From Candidatus Udaeobacter sp. (GTDB taxonomy: Bacteria > Verrucomicrobiota > Verrucomicrobiia > Chthoniobacterales > UBA10450): DNA of 60,569 nt. Position numbers and translations under genes: made by a program. This document shows positions 48,801-58,744 of the stretch, piece by piece. The number at the start of each line of letters is the position of its first letter. Within the stretch, counting starts at the first letter, position 1. The notes beneath the pieces were generated by a model. It did not search any database. It was not told the origin of the DNA and was given only the letters and a program-made list of their open reading frames with translations. The DNA is taken from positions 1 through 60,569 of the forward strand of contig DATBEX010000049.1 in the NCBI GenBank assembly GCA_036558805.1, given 5' to 3'.

Positions 48801-51690
48801 GTGCGCTGATTGGATCGTCGACCTCGGACCGGAAGCAGGAGACGCCGGTGGAAATGTGGTCGCTGCCGGGACTCCAGAGCAAATCGCGAAGGCGGAGACG
48901 TCGCACACAGGCAAATTTTTGAGGCAGGCTCTTTCGAAACCTCGCAAAACATCCCGCCAGTCAGAAAAGTCCTTCGCTTACGCTCAGGATAAAAGTGTGG
49001 AGCTGGCGCGAGCTGCCGAAGAAGCGCCGCCTTTCGGCGCAAATAAAGCGAATGGCACAATCCAGGTTCACGGGGCGCGCGAGCACAACCTCAAGAACAT
49101 CGAGATCAAAATCCCCAGAGAACAAATGGTGGTCATCACAGGTCTAAGTGGCTCCGGCAAATCAACGCTTGCTTTTGATATTCTCTTCGCGGAGGGACAG
49201 CGACGTTTTCTCGACAGCATGTCGCCGTATGCGCGGCAATTCGTCGAGCAGCTCGAAAAACCGGATGTCGACCTGGTCAGCGGGCTGCCTCCCAGTGTAG
49301 CGATTGAGCAACGGGTCACGCGCGGCGGAGGGAAATCGACAGTCGCTACAGTGACGGAGATCTACCATTTTCTCCGGCTACTTTTCGCAAAAACCGGAAC
49401 GCAATCTTGTCCGGCCTGCGATTTGCCGGTGGAGAAACAAAGCCTGGCCGCGATTACGAAACAAATTGAATCATTAGCGAAACGCGGACCGGTGAGAGTG
49501 CTTGCACCGTTGGTCAAGGCTCGAAAAGGCTTTCACACCGAAGTCGCGCGATGGGCGGAACGACAGGGATTCGATGCCCTTTACGTGGATGCGAAACTGG
49601 TTCCCGCCTCGCATTTTCGAAAGCTGGAGCGGTTCAAAGAGCACACGATCGATGTAGTCGTTGGTCTGATCGATCCGAGACGGATTGCGAACGCGCGTGA
49701 GATCGCCCGGCGCGCGCTGGAGATCGGCCGCGGCACGGGTCGGCTGCTTGACTCGAAAAACAGGCTGACGGTCGTGAGCACCGAAATGAGCTGCCCAAAC
49801 TGTGGCCGCGCATTCGAGGAGCTCGATCCACGTTTGTTTTCGTTTAATTCGCCTCACGGCGCGTGCGAAGAATGCGGCGGATTTGGCGAAATCTGGGACC
49901 AGGATTTGCAAACTGCTGCCGATCCCGACGGTGAATCGGTCCTCGAAACCGAGCTCGCCGCTGAGCGTGAGGCAGAATGGATCGAGGAAGGCGCGGCGCG
50001 AGAATGTCCGAGCTGTCACGGCTCACGCTTGAACGCCGTCGCGCGTCATGTACGTATCCAAGGTTATACCATCGATTACTTCACGAATCTTTCGGCCTGC
50101 GAAGCAGCGCGCAAGGTCGAGAGGTTGAAGTTTCGCGGAACGCATCAAACGATCGCTGCCGGTCTCGTTCCTGAAATTCAGCAGCGATTGCGTTTCATGG
50201 AAAAAGTTGGCCTCGGCTATCTCGCGCTGGGACGATCGGCAAAGACGTTGAGCGGCGGAGAATCACAGCGGATTCGATTAGCGGCACAACTCGGCTCAAA
50301 CCTGCGCGGCGTCCTTTACGTACTGGATGAGCCGACGATCGGTCTACATCCCCGGGATAATTTGCGATTGCTCGATACACTGACCGCCCTGCGGAACAAA
50401 GGGAATTCGCTGATTATCGTTGAGCATGACGAGGAAACGATGCGGCGCGCTGATCACATCGTCGATCTAGGTCCACGCGCAGGAATTCACGGCGGCGAAG
50501 TTGTAGCCACGGGCACGCTGCGCGACGTGGAAAAGAATTCGGATTCCGAGACCGCGCGCTGCCTGAAGACTCCACTCCAACATCCCACCCGCGGATCGCG
50601 CCGGTCCTTGGGCAACGTCGAAGACTGGGTCGAAGTCCGTAACGCCAAGGTGAATAATTTGAAAGATATTTCTGTTCGTTTCCCGCTGGGCAGGCTTTCG
50701 GTGATCACAGGAATTTCCGGGAGCGGCAAGTCGACATTGATGCACGAGGTCATCTGGCCGGCGGTACGGGAGCAGCTGAAAGAAAGAAAACGCGCAGGAA
50801 ATGGCGATCTGTTCAAGCTGGTAAACGGTGCGCAAGAGATTGAAGGCGTTTACGAAGTTGATCAGTCGCCGATTGGTAAGACGTCGCGCTCAACGCCGGG
50901 CACCTATGTAAAAGTCTTCGACGAGATCCGGAATCTTTACGCGCAACTGCCGGTCTCCCGCGTACGCGGGTACTCCGCAAGCCGATTTTCGTTCAACGCC
51001 GAAGGCGGTCGCTGCGAGACTTGTAAGGGCCAGGGCGTGATCAAACTGGAGATGAACTTTCTGCCGCGCAGCTATGTGCCGTGCGAAGACTGCGGCGGCA
51101 AACGTTACAATCCGCAAACACTTGAGATACTCTACAACGACAAATCGATCGGCGACGTGATGGAAATGACCATCGAGGAAGCGTCGGAATTTTTCTCGGC
51201 GCATCCCAAAGTCGCGCGACCGCTCTCCTTGCTGGTTGATACGGGGCTGGGTTATCTCAAGCTGGGGCAACCGAGTCCAACGCTAAGCGGCGGAGAAGCG
51301 CAACGACTAAAGCTAGTCACCCAGCTCAAACGTGGCGTTAGCCGCGCAGCTGACGAGCGTATTCGTAAAATGCGCAAACCGGGTTCGACACTGTATTTGC
51401 TGGAGGAACCCACCATCGGTCTGCACATGGCGGACATTGAGCTGCTTCTGAACGTTCTGCATCGGCTCGTCGACGAAGGAAACACGGTGATTGTCATCGA
51501 ACACAATCTTAGTGTGATCGCGGAAGCTGATTACATTGTTGATCTCGGCCCGGAAGCGGGCGCGGACGGAGGTGAAGTCGTCGCCTGCGGTGCGCCCGAA
51601 CAAGTCGCAAAGAGCCGCGTGAGTCGCACCGCGCCGTTTTTGCGAAAAGTATTGAACTCATCGTGCGCGAAAACGGCGTTGTCATCCTGA
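45862..51690 (+). CDS. uvrA: Tandem double UvrA-like ABC ATPase (two complete UvrA units, four ABC modules, 1942 aa)
   Basis: The frame is open from 45517, but its first 79 codons overlap pckG. The first in-frame start after the pckG stop is GTG 45862 (no clear SD). Four Walker A, four LSGGE, four Walker B and six Cys4 modules. Unit 2 begins about 49055 ([14 protein letters not shown]). Confidence 0.9.
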   Translation: MGSKIASAKHLRSPIAKDHIEIRGARQNNLKGIDVDLPLGKLTVVTGPSGSGKSSLAFETIYAEGQRRYVETFSPYMRQFLDRMDKPRVDDIHGIPPAIAIEQANPVKSSRSTVGTMTEINDYLKLLWPRVARAFCPNCSREVRPETTQSISRQILHDHAGKTVLINFRVAVPTKTEPRTFFEFLQQQGYLRVWIDNQIVRVDADPKFKRLAARVQVIQDRIAISEETCARLVEAIETALRFGKGKINVIPLSENAQRSTPGVQRPTDHGSPITDHEFPFSNGWHCAHCDLDLRPPTPGLFSFNNPLGACPECRGFGRIIAIDLNKAIPDRSLSIKQGVVRVFRGAEFGESQKDLLRACARKEIDINLPFEELPKADQSFVIEGEKRSGDYTDEDYENDRWYGVRGFFRWLESKTYKMHVRVLLSRYRAYITCPSCNGGRYQPEALNYRVTTAVHSRRDGAPKAQLPLTLPEFQALSLRDARDFLTALEIPSNDSTARMLREEICARLNYLCEVGVGYLTLDRSTRTLSGGEVQRVNLTTCLGASLVNTLFVMDEPSVGLHSRDVGRLVRVMHNLRDKGNTLLVVEHEEQIIRSADNLMDIGPGRGEHGGELVWNGTLDDFCSRFPGGSAGADANRSSGSRRPEGDGYRESLTRDYLMNRKSIQVPTSRRTSKSSLKIIGARQHNLKNIDVELPLRVFTCVTGVSGSGKSTLIHDVLYRNLSIAKGQSSHHHPTQNYSSAGEPGACKSVTGAHRIRDVVMVDQAPLARTPRSTPLLYLGLYDRVRELFAAQPEAMSQGLTAGTFSFNSGSGRCERCSGTGYEKIEMQFLSDLFVRCAECEGKRFQSHVLKVQLCGKSIHDLLKLTVSEAIEFFAQIGEKETLSEPLSVLEEVGLGYLRLGQPLNTLSGGESQRLKLVGHLAETENVQRSSATEIGNLFIFDEPTTGLHFDDVAMLLRLFQRLVDRGHSIVVIEHNLEVIKCADWIVDLGPEAGDAGGNVVAAGTPEQIAKAETSHTGKFLRQALSKPRKTSRQSEKSFAYAQDKSVELARAAEEAPPFGANKANGTIQVHGAREHNLKNIEIKIPREQMVVITGLSGSGKSTLAFDILFAEGQRRFLDSMSPYARQFVEQLEKPDVDLVSGLPPSVAIEQRVTRGGGKSTVATVTEIYHFLRLLFAKTGTQSCPACDLPVEKQSLAAITKQIESLAKRGPVRVLAPLVKARKGFHTEVARWAERQGFDALYVDAKLVPASHFRKLERFKEHTIDVVVGLIDPRRIANAREIARRALEIGRGTGRLLDSKNRLTVVSTEMSCPNCGRAFEELDPRLFSFNSPHGACEECGGFGEIWDQDLQTAADPDGESVLETELAAEREAEWIEEGAARECPSCHGSRLNAVARHVRIQGYTIDYFTNLSACEAARKVERLKFRGTHQTIAAGLVPEIQQRLRFMEKVGLGYLALGRSAKTLSGGESQRIRLAAQLGSNLRGVLYVLDEPTIGLHPRDNLRLLDTLTALRNKGNSLIIVEHDEETMRRADHIVDLGPRAGIHGGEVVATGTLRDVEKNSDSETARCLKTPLQHPTRGSRRSLGNVEDWVEVRNAKVNNLKDISVRFPLGRLSVITGISGSGKSTLMHEVIWPAVREQLKERKRAGNGDLFKLVNGAQEIEGVYEVDQSPIGKTSRSTPGTYVKVFDEIRNLYAQLPVSRVRGYSASRFSFNAEGGRCETCKGQGVIKLEMNFLPRSYVPCEDCGGKRYNPQTLEILYNDKSIGDVMEMTIEEASEFFSAHPKVARPLSLLVDTGLGYLKLGQPSPTLSGGEAQRLKLVTQLKRGVSRAADERIRKMRKPGSTLYLLEEPTIGLHMADIELLLNVLHRLVDEGNTVIVIEHNLSVIAEADYIVDLGPEAGADGGEVVACGAPEQVAKSRVSRTAPFLRKVLNSSCAKTALSS
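46663..46690. repeat. Tandem heptamer GATCACG GATCACC GATCACG GATCACG inside uvrA unit 1
   Basis: Read directly from the sequence. Encodes [10 protein letters not shown]. Four GATC sites in 28 nt. Confidence 0.9.
48969..48990. repeat. Single arm of a palindromic dispersed-repeat motif embedded in the UvrA inter-unit linker
   Basis: GTCCTTCGCTTACGCTCAGGAT matches the reverse complement of 51684..51704 at 21 of 22 positions (a single 1-nt indel). Confidence 0.8.
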
Positions 51691-51787
51691 GCGAAGCGAA
51701 GGACCTCGCAATCGAAGGGCGAGTCACGCAAAGCAGATAGCGCGATCCAGCCCTTTTTAGGAGGTGCCTCACTTCCTTCGGGACGAC
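51681..51787. repeat. Intergenic palindromic repeat element (VILSEAKDL / HPERSEG-type arm plus a degenerate partner arm)
   Basis: Left arm GTCATCCTGAGCGAAGCGAAGGAC (51681..51704) straddles the uvrA stop. Possible truncated right arm TCCTTCG-GGACGAC (51774..51787). Internal 8-bp hairpin AGGAGGTG-CCT-CACTTCCT (51759..51777). Confidence 0.45.
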
Positions 51788-51837
51788 ACGCGTTTTAATT
51801 GCGGGTGTCAACGACATCAGTGACAATCGCCAGACAA

Positions 51838-52776
51838 ATGCTCGCCTATTATCTCCACAATTTTGATCCAATTATTTTTCGGGTCTCCGGCAACGTTGGC
51901 CCGCGTTGGTACGGCTTGGCTTACGTGCTTGCTTTTATCTGCAGTTATCTACTCTTCCTTTGGCTTGCTAAACGCGGCTATGCGGATCTGCCCCCGCAAC
52001 GAGTGGGCGATTTCATCACTGGCTGCGCGCTGTTTGGTGTGATCATCGGCGGGCGTCTCGGGTACGTGTTCTTTTACAAGCCGGAGATGTTGCGCGAACC
52101 GCTGTCGATCTTGCGCGTCTGGGAAGGCGGAATGTCCAGCCACGGCGGAATGCTTGGCGTATTGCTTTTCACTTTGTACTACGCGCATCGGCACAAAATT
52201 TCGTGGACGAATCTTGGCGACAATTTGGTCGTCACTGTGCCGATCGGATTGTTCTTCGGGCGCTGTGCCAATTTCATCAACGGCGAACTTTACGGTCGGA
52301 TTACGAAAGTCCCCTGGGCGATGCAATTCCCAAAGGAACTGTTTGATCATTCTCAGGAAGCCGAGCGCGCGGTGGCGGCATGCGCGCGAATCAAGTCATC
52401 GCTCACAACACCTGATGCAATCGTTGAGGCAGTTCGCAGCCAACCAGAAGTGGCCGCTGCACTGCGCCCAATCCTTTCGCCACGCCATCCCTCCCAGCTC
52501 TACGAGGCTTTTTTTGAGGGAGTAGTTTTGTTCGCGATTTTGTGGTTCGTGCGTACTCGCAGGCACGAGCCAAACGGTGTCTTGACCGGACTATTTTTTA
52601 TCTGGTATGCAATTTTTCGGATCGTAGTCGAATATTTCCGCGAACCCGATGCAGCACTGATCGGTCCCTTCACGCGCGGCCAATTCTTTTCATTCTTCCT
52701 GATCGCGATCGGCCTCGGGTTTGTTGCAGTGGCAAAAATGCGACCGACGTACCCCAGAGCTCGAAATGACCGGTAG
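51838..52776 (+). CDS. lgt: Prolipoprotein diacylglyceryl transferase
   Basis: The ORF-track start 51799 is a TTG. ATG 51838 (MLAYYLHNFDPIIF) fits the usual Lgt N-terminus. WYGLAYVLAF, GGRLGYVFFY, WEGGMSSHGG, GRCANFINGELYGR. Confidence 0.9.
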   Translation: MLAYYLHNFDPIIFRVSGNVGPRWYGLAYVLAFICSYLLFLWLAKRGYADLPPQRVGDFITGCALFGVIIGGRLGYVFFYKPEMLREPLSILRVWEGGMSSHGGMLGVLLFTLYYAHRHKISWTNLGDNLVVTVPIGLFFGRCANFINGELYGRITKVPWAMQFPKELFDHSQEAERAVAACARIKSSLTTPDAIVEAVRSQPEVAAALRPILSPRHPSQLYEAFFEGVVLFAILWFVRTRRHEPNGVLTGLFFIWYAIFRIVVEYFREPDAALIGPFTRGQFFSFFLIAIGLGFVAVAKMRPTYPRARNDR

Positions 52777-52820
52777 CGTTTCTCTAAAACGGCGTTATTA
52801 CTTATGCCGGTGACGCGGGA

Positions 52821-53573
52821 ATGCTTGAAATCTTAGCAGCCGGCGGCGGTCTCCTTTTTGCGTTCGATCACGCGACGATCGCAGGAAAACTCGTTCTCAC
52901 TCTGCTTGCCGTTGCCTCCATCTTCAGCTGGTCGATCATGGTCACCAAGCTGCGCGTGATCCGATTTGCTCGAAAGCAGAACGCTCGTTTTCTCGCAGCT
53001 TTTCGGCAGGATCGACAACCGTTGCGTCTGTTTGAGAAGAACGCGCGTTTTCCAGGATCGCCAGTGTTCAATGTATATCGGGCCGGCTGTGAGGAAATGA
53101 CATTTCATCTGCTTGGCTCGCCTGAGGTCGACGGTACGTTTCGTGCGCGACTCGAGATCGCTGACAAAATTTCGCCGGCGCAAATGGGCGCAGTAAATGC
53201 AGCGATGGAGCGAGCTGTCGGTGAAACTGCGCTTTCACTTGAATCGCAGATGATTTTGCTCGCCACTGCGGTAAGTGGTTCGCCCTTTCTTGGCTTGCTG
53301 GGCACGGTCTGGGGCGTGATGGATGCCTTTACCGGCGTGGCCGAGGCAGGCTCGCCGAACCTGGTCTCCATGGCGCCCGGTGTTTCCGGGGCGCTCATTA
53401 CTACAGTGACAGCGCTCTGCGTCGCAATTCCAGCGATGTTCGGTTACAATTTTCTTGTCACCAGCATTCGCGGGATCATCGTCGAGATGGACAATTTTGC
53501 CGCCGAGCTTGCTTCGGAATTTGAACACAAGTACGTCGATCACAGCGTACGGGAATCGGCATTCCGCCGATGA
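52821..53573 (+). CDS. MotA/TolQ/ExbB proton-channel family protein
   Basis: 250-aa ORF. FLGLLGTVWGVMDAF .. APGVSGALITTVTALCVAIPAMFGYNF. Confidence 0.85.
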   Translation: MLEILAAGGGLLFAFDHATIAGKLVLTLLAVASIFSWSIMVTKLRVIRFARKQNARFLAAFRQDRQPLRLFEKNARFPGSPVFNVYRAGCEEMTFHLLGSPEVDGTFRARLEIADKISPAQMGAVNAAMERAVGETALSLESQMILLATAVSGSPFLGLLGTVWGVMDAFTGVAEAGSPNLVSMAPGVSGALITTVTALCVAIPAMFGYNFLVTSIRGIIVEMDNFAAELASEFEHKYVDHSVRESAFRR

Positions 53574-53986
53574 GACGTTACTCACAACGCCAGGGGCTTT
53601 CTACCCTCAGTGAGATCAACGTCACGCCGCTCCTCGATCTGGCGTTCGTGCTGCTCATCATTTTCATGATCACCACGCCGTTGCTCGAAAGCAGCATGAA
53701 TCTCGTAATTCCATCCAGCGGTGCCACAAATCCGCCGATCAAGTCAGCACAAGTGCAAATTGTCTCAATCGATCGCAGTGAGACGATTCGGTTTAACAAT
53801 CAGGCAATCGATTTGAAAGCACTCACCTCGCGACTGACTGAATTGAAACGGACGAACCCAGACGTTGCCGTCGTGATTCGGCCCGATCGCGAGCTGCCTG
53901 TACAAAAATTGATTGCGCTGATGGATGCGCTGAAGGACGCGCAAATTACCAAGGTCGGCATCGCTACGAAAGCAGAGCCGAAGTAG
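53570..53986 (+). CDS. ExbD/TolR biopolymer transport protein
   Basis: 138-aa ORF. SEINVTPLLDLAFVLLIIFMITTP. ATGA overlap with the upstream gene. Confidence 0.85.
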   Translation: MRRYSQRQGLSTLSEINVTPLLDLAFVLLIIFMITTPLLESSMNLVIPSSGATNPPIKSAQVQIVSIDRSETIRFNNQAIDLKALTSRLTELKRTNPDVAVVIRPDRELPVQKLIALMDALKDAQITKVGIATKAEPK

Positions 53987-54919
53987 ATGTCGACGAACCC
54001 GCCTTTGCGTAGCCAGGGCGTCGCGACGCCGCGCTTTTGGCGAAACGTCACGCTAATTGCGCTTGCGCATGTCGCGTTGATCGCAGTGTTGATTCGCTGG
54101 AGTTTAGAGGCGCGAAATGCGCCAGATGCGGAAAGCCTGGTCTGGCTGAGCGGTGCGGAAAATATCGCAGCAGAACGATCGGAACCGAGCGCGACACAGT
54201 ACGCGAAAGCTTCCACTACGCCGATTGAATCCGAACCGTTAAACCCGGACGAGTCAAAGAAGGAGCGCCCGTTTTTGACTCAGGCAAGGAGCGAGATCGA
54301 TTTTCCGACACCGAAACCGAAGCCGGCTGCAACGCCAGTTTCGAAAACGACTGCTCCTGAAGGAAAAACGAAGCCGACGCCAAAGCCAGCTCTCAAACCG
54401 ACGGCCAAGAAAGCTGTCCTGGCGAAAGCATCCAACTCAGCTGGGCACCTGAACCCGGCAAAACCCAAGGAAGAGCGAACGGACGGGACTGGTCAGAAAA
54501 AGAAGAGCGCGAAGACTACTGATGCGAAGACCAAATTGTCATCCAGTAACGGCACTGGAAAAACTAGTTCAGCCGGCAAAGGCGCGAGCGCGGGCGGCGG
54601 AAGAAACGCTTCAGAATTCGGATGGTATGGCAATATGTTGCATGATCGTTTTTACAGCGCATGGGTCCAGCCAACTTCTACAGTCGCTTCCGGCACTAGG
54701 ATTTCGACGCTCGTAAAAATTCGAATCGAAAAAGACGGTCGCGTCTCAAAGTTTGAGATCATCAAACCCTCGGAGAATGTTGTGGTGAATGAGTCGGTTG
54801 CGGCAATTGCCAAACGAGTGACTGAAGTGGACTCGCCACCGACAGGGCTCATAAACGGGAATCACTACGACGTAAAAATCAATTTCGAGCTAAATACGAA
54901 TCAAGAAACGGCGAAATAA
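53987..54919 (+). CDS. TonB/TolA-like energy transducer
   Basis: 310-aa ORF with an N-terminal TM (VTLIALAHVALIAVLI), a Pro/Lys-rich spacer (PTPKPKPAATP..KPTPKPALKPTAKK) and a TonB_C-like end (YGNMLHDRFYSAWVQP .. VKIRIEKDGRVSKFEIIKPS). Confidence 0.7.
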   Translation: MSTNPPLRSQGVATPRFWRNVTLIALAHVALIAVLIRWSLEARNAPDAESLVWLSGAENIAAERSEPSATQYAKASTTPIESEPLNPDESKKERPFLTQARSEIDFPTPKPKPAATPVSKTTAPEGKTKPTPKPALKPTAKKAVLAKASNSAGHLNPAKPKEERTDGTGQKKKSAKTTDAKTKLSSSNGTGKTSSAGKGASAGGGRNASEFGWYGNMLHDRFYSAWVQPTSTVASGTRISTLVKIRIEKDGRVSKFEIIKPSENVVVNESVAAIAKRVTEVDSPPTGLINGNHYDVKINFELNTNQETAK

Positions 54920-54961
54920 ACGTTCCCTGGACTGGAGCCTGCCGGAGCGGACGTCCGCGAT

Positions 54962-56341
54962 TCAACCACGATTTCCCGAAAATTTCTTCTCGATCAATCG
55001 GTGTAAATGCCCGGCTATTGCGGGATGATCGAGGCGCTGAACTACTTCGTCCAGAAAACCGGTGACGATGAGACGCTGTGCTGCGGGGACAGGAATACCG
55101 CGAGTGCGCAGATAGAAGAGCTCGTCTTCATCGATTTGACCGGAAGTCGCACCGTGGGTGCAACGGACGTTGTCGGCGAGAATTTCGAGCCCTGGCATCG
55201 AATTGGCTTCTGCATCGTCACTCAACAAGAGGTTACGAACTTTTTGATACGCATCGGTGAAATGGGCGTGCGGTTCTACTCGAATCAGTCCGCCGAAAAT
55301 GGTACGGGCGCGGCCGTCGAGAGCGTTTTTGTATAGGAGATCGCTCGCCGTGCGCGGGGAGACATGGTCCTGCAATGTGCGAGCATCGAACTCCTGTTGG
55401 TGCTTCGCTACAGCGACAGCCAGCAGGTCGCTCCGCCCACCTTCGCCGATGAGCCGGCTTAGACTTTCGAAGCGCGAATAGCGTGAGCCAAGATGCAAAT
55501 TCAGGCTCATCGCCGAAGCATCATGGTCCACGGTTGTCGAGTTCATTTGCAGCGCGATAACATTGTCTGCCCAATTTTGGGCGCAGACATAGCTGACCTT
55601 CGCGCCCGGGCCGGCGACGAGATCGTTTACGCCGCATGCGAATCCAGGCACATGTTCATTCACGGAGCGGAAATGTTCGATTACGGTGACCTTCGCGAGC
55701 TCGTCCGTGACCAGGAGTAAATGCGGAAAGGCGGAAGCATTTTCACCATTTAGCCAGTGGAAAATTTCGATCGGTAACTCGATCTCGACGCCCCGCGGCA
55801 CGTAAAGGAATGTCCCTGACGAAACCAACGCCTGATGCAGCGCTGAGAACTTGACAGATCCAAGCTTCGCTGGCTGCGACATGAAATGCTTGCGGAACAG
55901 GTCGGTGTGTTCAACCATCGCTCGCTCGAGCGATTGGAAAATGACGCCGCGCTTTTTAAGCTGGTCCGAAATGACGTCGCGCTCAATAAGCTCGTCACCG
56001 GCGAAGATCATGCGCCCGGCCACCTCTTCCAGTCCACGCGATTGTTCGAGAATAGTTGTCCGCTCCTTCTCAGACAATGTGCCGCCGTATTTGAAAGGGT
56101 TTAGGTCGAGAAGGCCGACGTTGGCAAACCGCCACGCTTGATCTTTCCGTGTCGGATTAGGTAATGACTCAAATTCCTTCCAGGCTGCGCGTTGCTGATC
56201 ACGGAACCAATCGGGAAATTCGCGCGTCTCGCCCGGGCCGGAAAGAATCGCTGCGGCCTGTTTCTCGATTATCGCTGTGTCGTTTCTGGTCATTTCGATA
56301 TCGGGCGCATGGGATTCATGCGTCCCATGCGTCGTACTCAC
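54962..56341 (-). CDS. sufD: Fe-S cluster assembly protein SufD
   Basis: 459-aa ORF directly downstream of sufB. SufB/SufD-fold C-terminus (RCTHGATSGQIDEDELFYLRTRGI). Confidence 0.85.
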   Translation of the reverse strand: MSTTHGTHESHAPDIEMTRNDTAIIEKQAAAILSGPGETREFPDWFRDQQRAAWKEFESLPNPTRKDQAWRFANVGLLDLNPFKYGGTLSEKERTTILEQSRGLEEVAGRMIFAGDELIERDVISDQLKKRGVIFQSLERAMVEHTDLFRKHFMSQPAKLGSVKFSALHQALVSSGTFLYVPRGVEIELPIEIFHWLNGENASAFPHLLLVTDELAKVTVIEHFRSVNEHVPGFACGVNDLVAGPGAKVSYVCAQNWADNVIALQMNSTTVDHDASAMSLNLHLGSRYSRFESLSRLIGEGGRSDLLAVAVAKHQQEFDARTLQDHVSPRTASDLLYKNALDGRARTIFGGLIRVEPHAHFTDAYQKVRNLLLSDDAEANSMPGLEILADNVRCTHGATSGQIDEDELFYLRTRGIPVPAAQRLIVTGFLDEVVQRLDHPAIAGHLHRLIEKKFSGNRG

Positions 56342-56355
56342 GTGCAGCGGTGCGA

Positions 56356-57765
56356 TTACCCGACTGAGCCTTCCATCTCCAGCTCGATCAATCGCTTGAG
56401 CTCGACGCTGTATTCCATCGGGAATTGGCGGACGAGATCGTTTACAAAGCCGTTGACGCTCAAGCTCATCGCCTGCGCCTCGGTGAGGCCGCGCTGTTGC
56501 ATGTAGAAGATTTGTTCCGCGCTTACCTGGCTGACGCTGGCTTCGTGTTGAACAGCGTTGCCTGTCCCGCGAACGGTGATTGCTGGATAAGTATCGGTGC
56601 GCGAAGTCGCGTTAATTAGCAACGCGTCACACTCCGTGTTGTTCTTGCAATTCTTCAGGTGTCTCGGCACATGAACCAAACCGCGATAGGTGGCACGACC
56701 TTTTCCGATGGAGATCGATTTGGAGATGATGTTACTGGTCGTCTCATCGGCGGCGTGAATCATTTTCGCTCCAGTGTCCTGGTGCTGGCCGTCATTTGCG
56801 AGCGCGATGGAGAGAACTTCACCGCGCGCTTTGCGACCTTTCATGATCACGCTCGGATATTTCATCGTCAGGCGCGATCCGATGTTACAATCGATCCATT
56901 TCACTTCGGCATTTTCCTGGGCGAGACCACGTTTAGTGACAAGATTAAACACGTTCGAAGCCCAGTTCTGCACGGTGATGTACTGAATCTTAGCTCCTTT
57001 CAGCGCGACCAATTCCACGACGGCGCTATGCAGTGTGGGCGTGTTAAATTTCGGCGCCGTGCAACCCTCCATGTAAGTCACTTCCGAACCTTCGTCGGCA
57101 ATGATTAGCGTGCGCTCGAACTGGCCAAAGTTTTCGGCGTTGATGCGGAAGTAAGCCTGCAGAGGATGCTTCACTTTTACCCCGGGCGGAACGTAGATAA
57201 ACGAACCACCGCTGAAGACGGCGGAATTCAGTGCGCTGAATTTGTTGTCGGCAATCGGGATGACTTTGCCGAACCATTTCCGGAATATTTCCGGATGATT
57301 TTTCAGGCCCTCCCTTGATCCAACGAAAATAACGCCCTGTTCGCCAACAGCCTTTTTGATGTTTGAGTACACTGCCTCGCTATCGAACTGCGCTTCCACG
57401 CCGGCGAGGAATTTTCGTTCCTGCTCGGGAATACCGAGCCGTTCGAATGTGCGCTTGATGTCCTCCGGCACTTCCTCCCAGCTGCGTTTCGGTTCCGTGC
57501 CGGGGGCGAGGTAGTAGCGGATTTTGTCAAAGTCGATCGCTTCGAGGTCCTTGCTGGCCCAATGCGTAGGGAGCGGTTTCCCCAAAAATGTTTTCAGACC
57601 GCGCAAACGAAACTCGCGCACCCAATCCGGATCTTCTTTAACATCTGCGATGTAATGGATCGTCCGCTCGCTTAGTCCTACGCCTGCGTCGCGCACATGC
57701 GCTTCCGGATAAAAGAAATCACCTTTGCCTCGATCGATATCGATGGCTGTTGTTTCGGTTTTCAT
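56356..57765 (-). CDS. sufB: Fe-S cluster assembly protein SufB
   Basis: The ORF track gives 56356..57855. ATG 57765 ([10 protein letters not shown]) lies 4 nt after the sufC stop. [26 protein letters not shown] is the conserved SufB C-terminus. Confidence 0.95.
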   Translation of the reverse strand: MKTETTAIDIDRGKGDFFYPEAHVRDAGVGLSERTIHYIADVKEDPDWVREFRLRGLKTFLGKPLPTHWASKDLEAIDFDKIRYYLAPGTEPKRSWEEVPEDIKRTFERLGIPEQERKFLAGVEAQFDSEAVYSNIKKAVGEQGVIFVGSREGLKNHPEIFRKWFGKVIPIADNKFSALNSAVFSGGSFIYVPPGVKVKHPLQAYFRINAENFGQFERTLIIADEGSEVTYMEGCTAPKFNTPTLHSAVVELVALKGAKIQYITVQNWASNVFNLVTKRGLAQENAEVKWIDCNIGSRLTMKYPSVIMKGRKARGEVLSIALANDGQHQDTGAKMIHAADETTSNIISKSISIGKGRATYRGLVHVPRHLKNCKNNTECDALLINATSRTDTYPAITVRGTGNAVQHEASVSQVSAEQIFYMQQRGLTEAQAMSLSVNGFVNDLVRQFPMEYSVELKRLIELEMEGSVG

Positions 57766-57769
57766 TGTC

Positions 57770-58546
57770 TTACCTCGTATATGCTGGTTCGGCGCCGTCC
57801 CGCGCCCAATCGTAGCCCCGTTCCTCAAGTTCGAGAGCGAGCTCCTTTCGCCCACTTCTAACGATTCGCCCTGCTACCATCACATGGACGTGATCGGGGA
57901 TGATGTAGTTCAGGAGACGCTGATAATGCGTGATCAACAGTATGCCAAGATTGGGGCCGCGCAATGAATTTACCCCGTGCGCCACGGTCTTGAGAGCGTC
58001 GATGTCTAGACCACTGTCGGTCTCATCGAGCACGGCGTACTTGGGCTCGAGCATTGCCATTTGCAGGATCTCGGTGCGCTTTTTTTCGCCGCCGGAAAAG
58101 CCCTCGTTCACCGCACGCGACGTGAACGAGCGGTCCATTCCAAGCAACTCCATCTTTTCGTAAAGTCTGGCGTAGTAATCGGTTGCCTCGAGCTCTTCAC
58201 CTTCCGGTAGGCGCGATTGTAATGCTGCGCGGAGAAAATTGGCGATTGTCACGCCTGGAATTTCGCTCGGATACTGGAAAGCCAGGAAAAGACCGCGCCG
58301 TGCGCGTTCGTCCGGTTCGAGCGCCAAAAGGTCTTCACCGTCCACTAGTATCTTGCCAGCGGTGACATGGTAATCGGGATGCCCGGCCAGAACCTTGGCC
58401 AGAGTGCTTTTTCCCGAGCCATTTGGGCCCATTAAAGCATGCACTTCGCCGCGTGGGATGCGAAGAGTCAGGCCCCGAACGATTTCCTGATCGCCGACCG
58501 CAATGTGTAGTTTCTCTATGTTCAACTCCTTCATAACGGAGAACAA
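57770..58546 (-). CDS. sufC: Fe-S cluster assembly ATPase SufC
   Basis: 258-aa [40 protein letters not shown]. Alternative start at 58534. Confidence 0.95.
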   Translation of the reverse strand: MFSVMKELNIEKLHIAVGDQEIVRGLTLRIPRGEVHALMGPNGSGKSTLAKVLAGHPDYHVTAGKILVDGEDLLALEPDERARRGLFLAFQYPSEIPGVTIANFLRAALQSRLPEGEELEATDYYARLYEKMELLGMDRSFTSRAVNEGFSGGEKKRTEILQMAMLEPKYAVLDETDSGLDIDALKTVAHGVNSLRGPNLGILLITHYQRLLNYIIPDHVHVMVAGRIVRSGRKELALELEERGYDWARDGAEPAYTR

Positions 58547-58666
58547 GAAATATACCCCGATTTAAGAGATTCGCGAACGCTCTTGGACTTCTTCCTTCCC
58601 GGGCGTGACCATTTATTGTGCGCGTGTCGAGCCCCATGAATGCGAAACTCCAAGTGCATGCCTTTG

Positions 58667-58740
58667 TGGCTACCCCGCTTGGATTCGAACCAAGAATAAC
58701 GCCTCCAAAGGGCGCTGTGTTACCGTTACACCACGGGGTA
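58667..58740 (-). tRNA. tRNA-Gln(UUG), canonical, CCA encoded
   Basis: Hand fold: acceptor TACCCCG/CGGGGTA (U1-A72), discriminator G, D arm GTGT-AACGGTA-ACAC, anticodon stem GCGCC/GGCGT with loop CTTTGGA, T arm CTTGG-TTCGAAT-CCAAG, then GCCA. Confidence 0.85.
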
Positions 58741-58744
58741 TTCG

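Noticed and set aside
46440-51603. Numerous 60-180-aa ORFs on both strands inside uvrA, and likewise the plus-strand ORFs throughout 2000..41400
   Set aside because: They are embedded in long, motif-rich CDSs on the other frame or strand, and none has a recognisable domain.
54947-54958. Perfect palindrome GCGGACGTCCGC between the convergent tonB-like and sufD genes, considered as a bidirectional terminator
   Set aside because: It has no loop, only a 4-bp effective stem, and no flanking U/A tracts.
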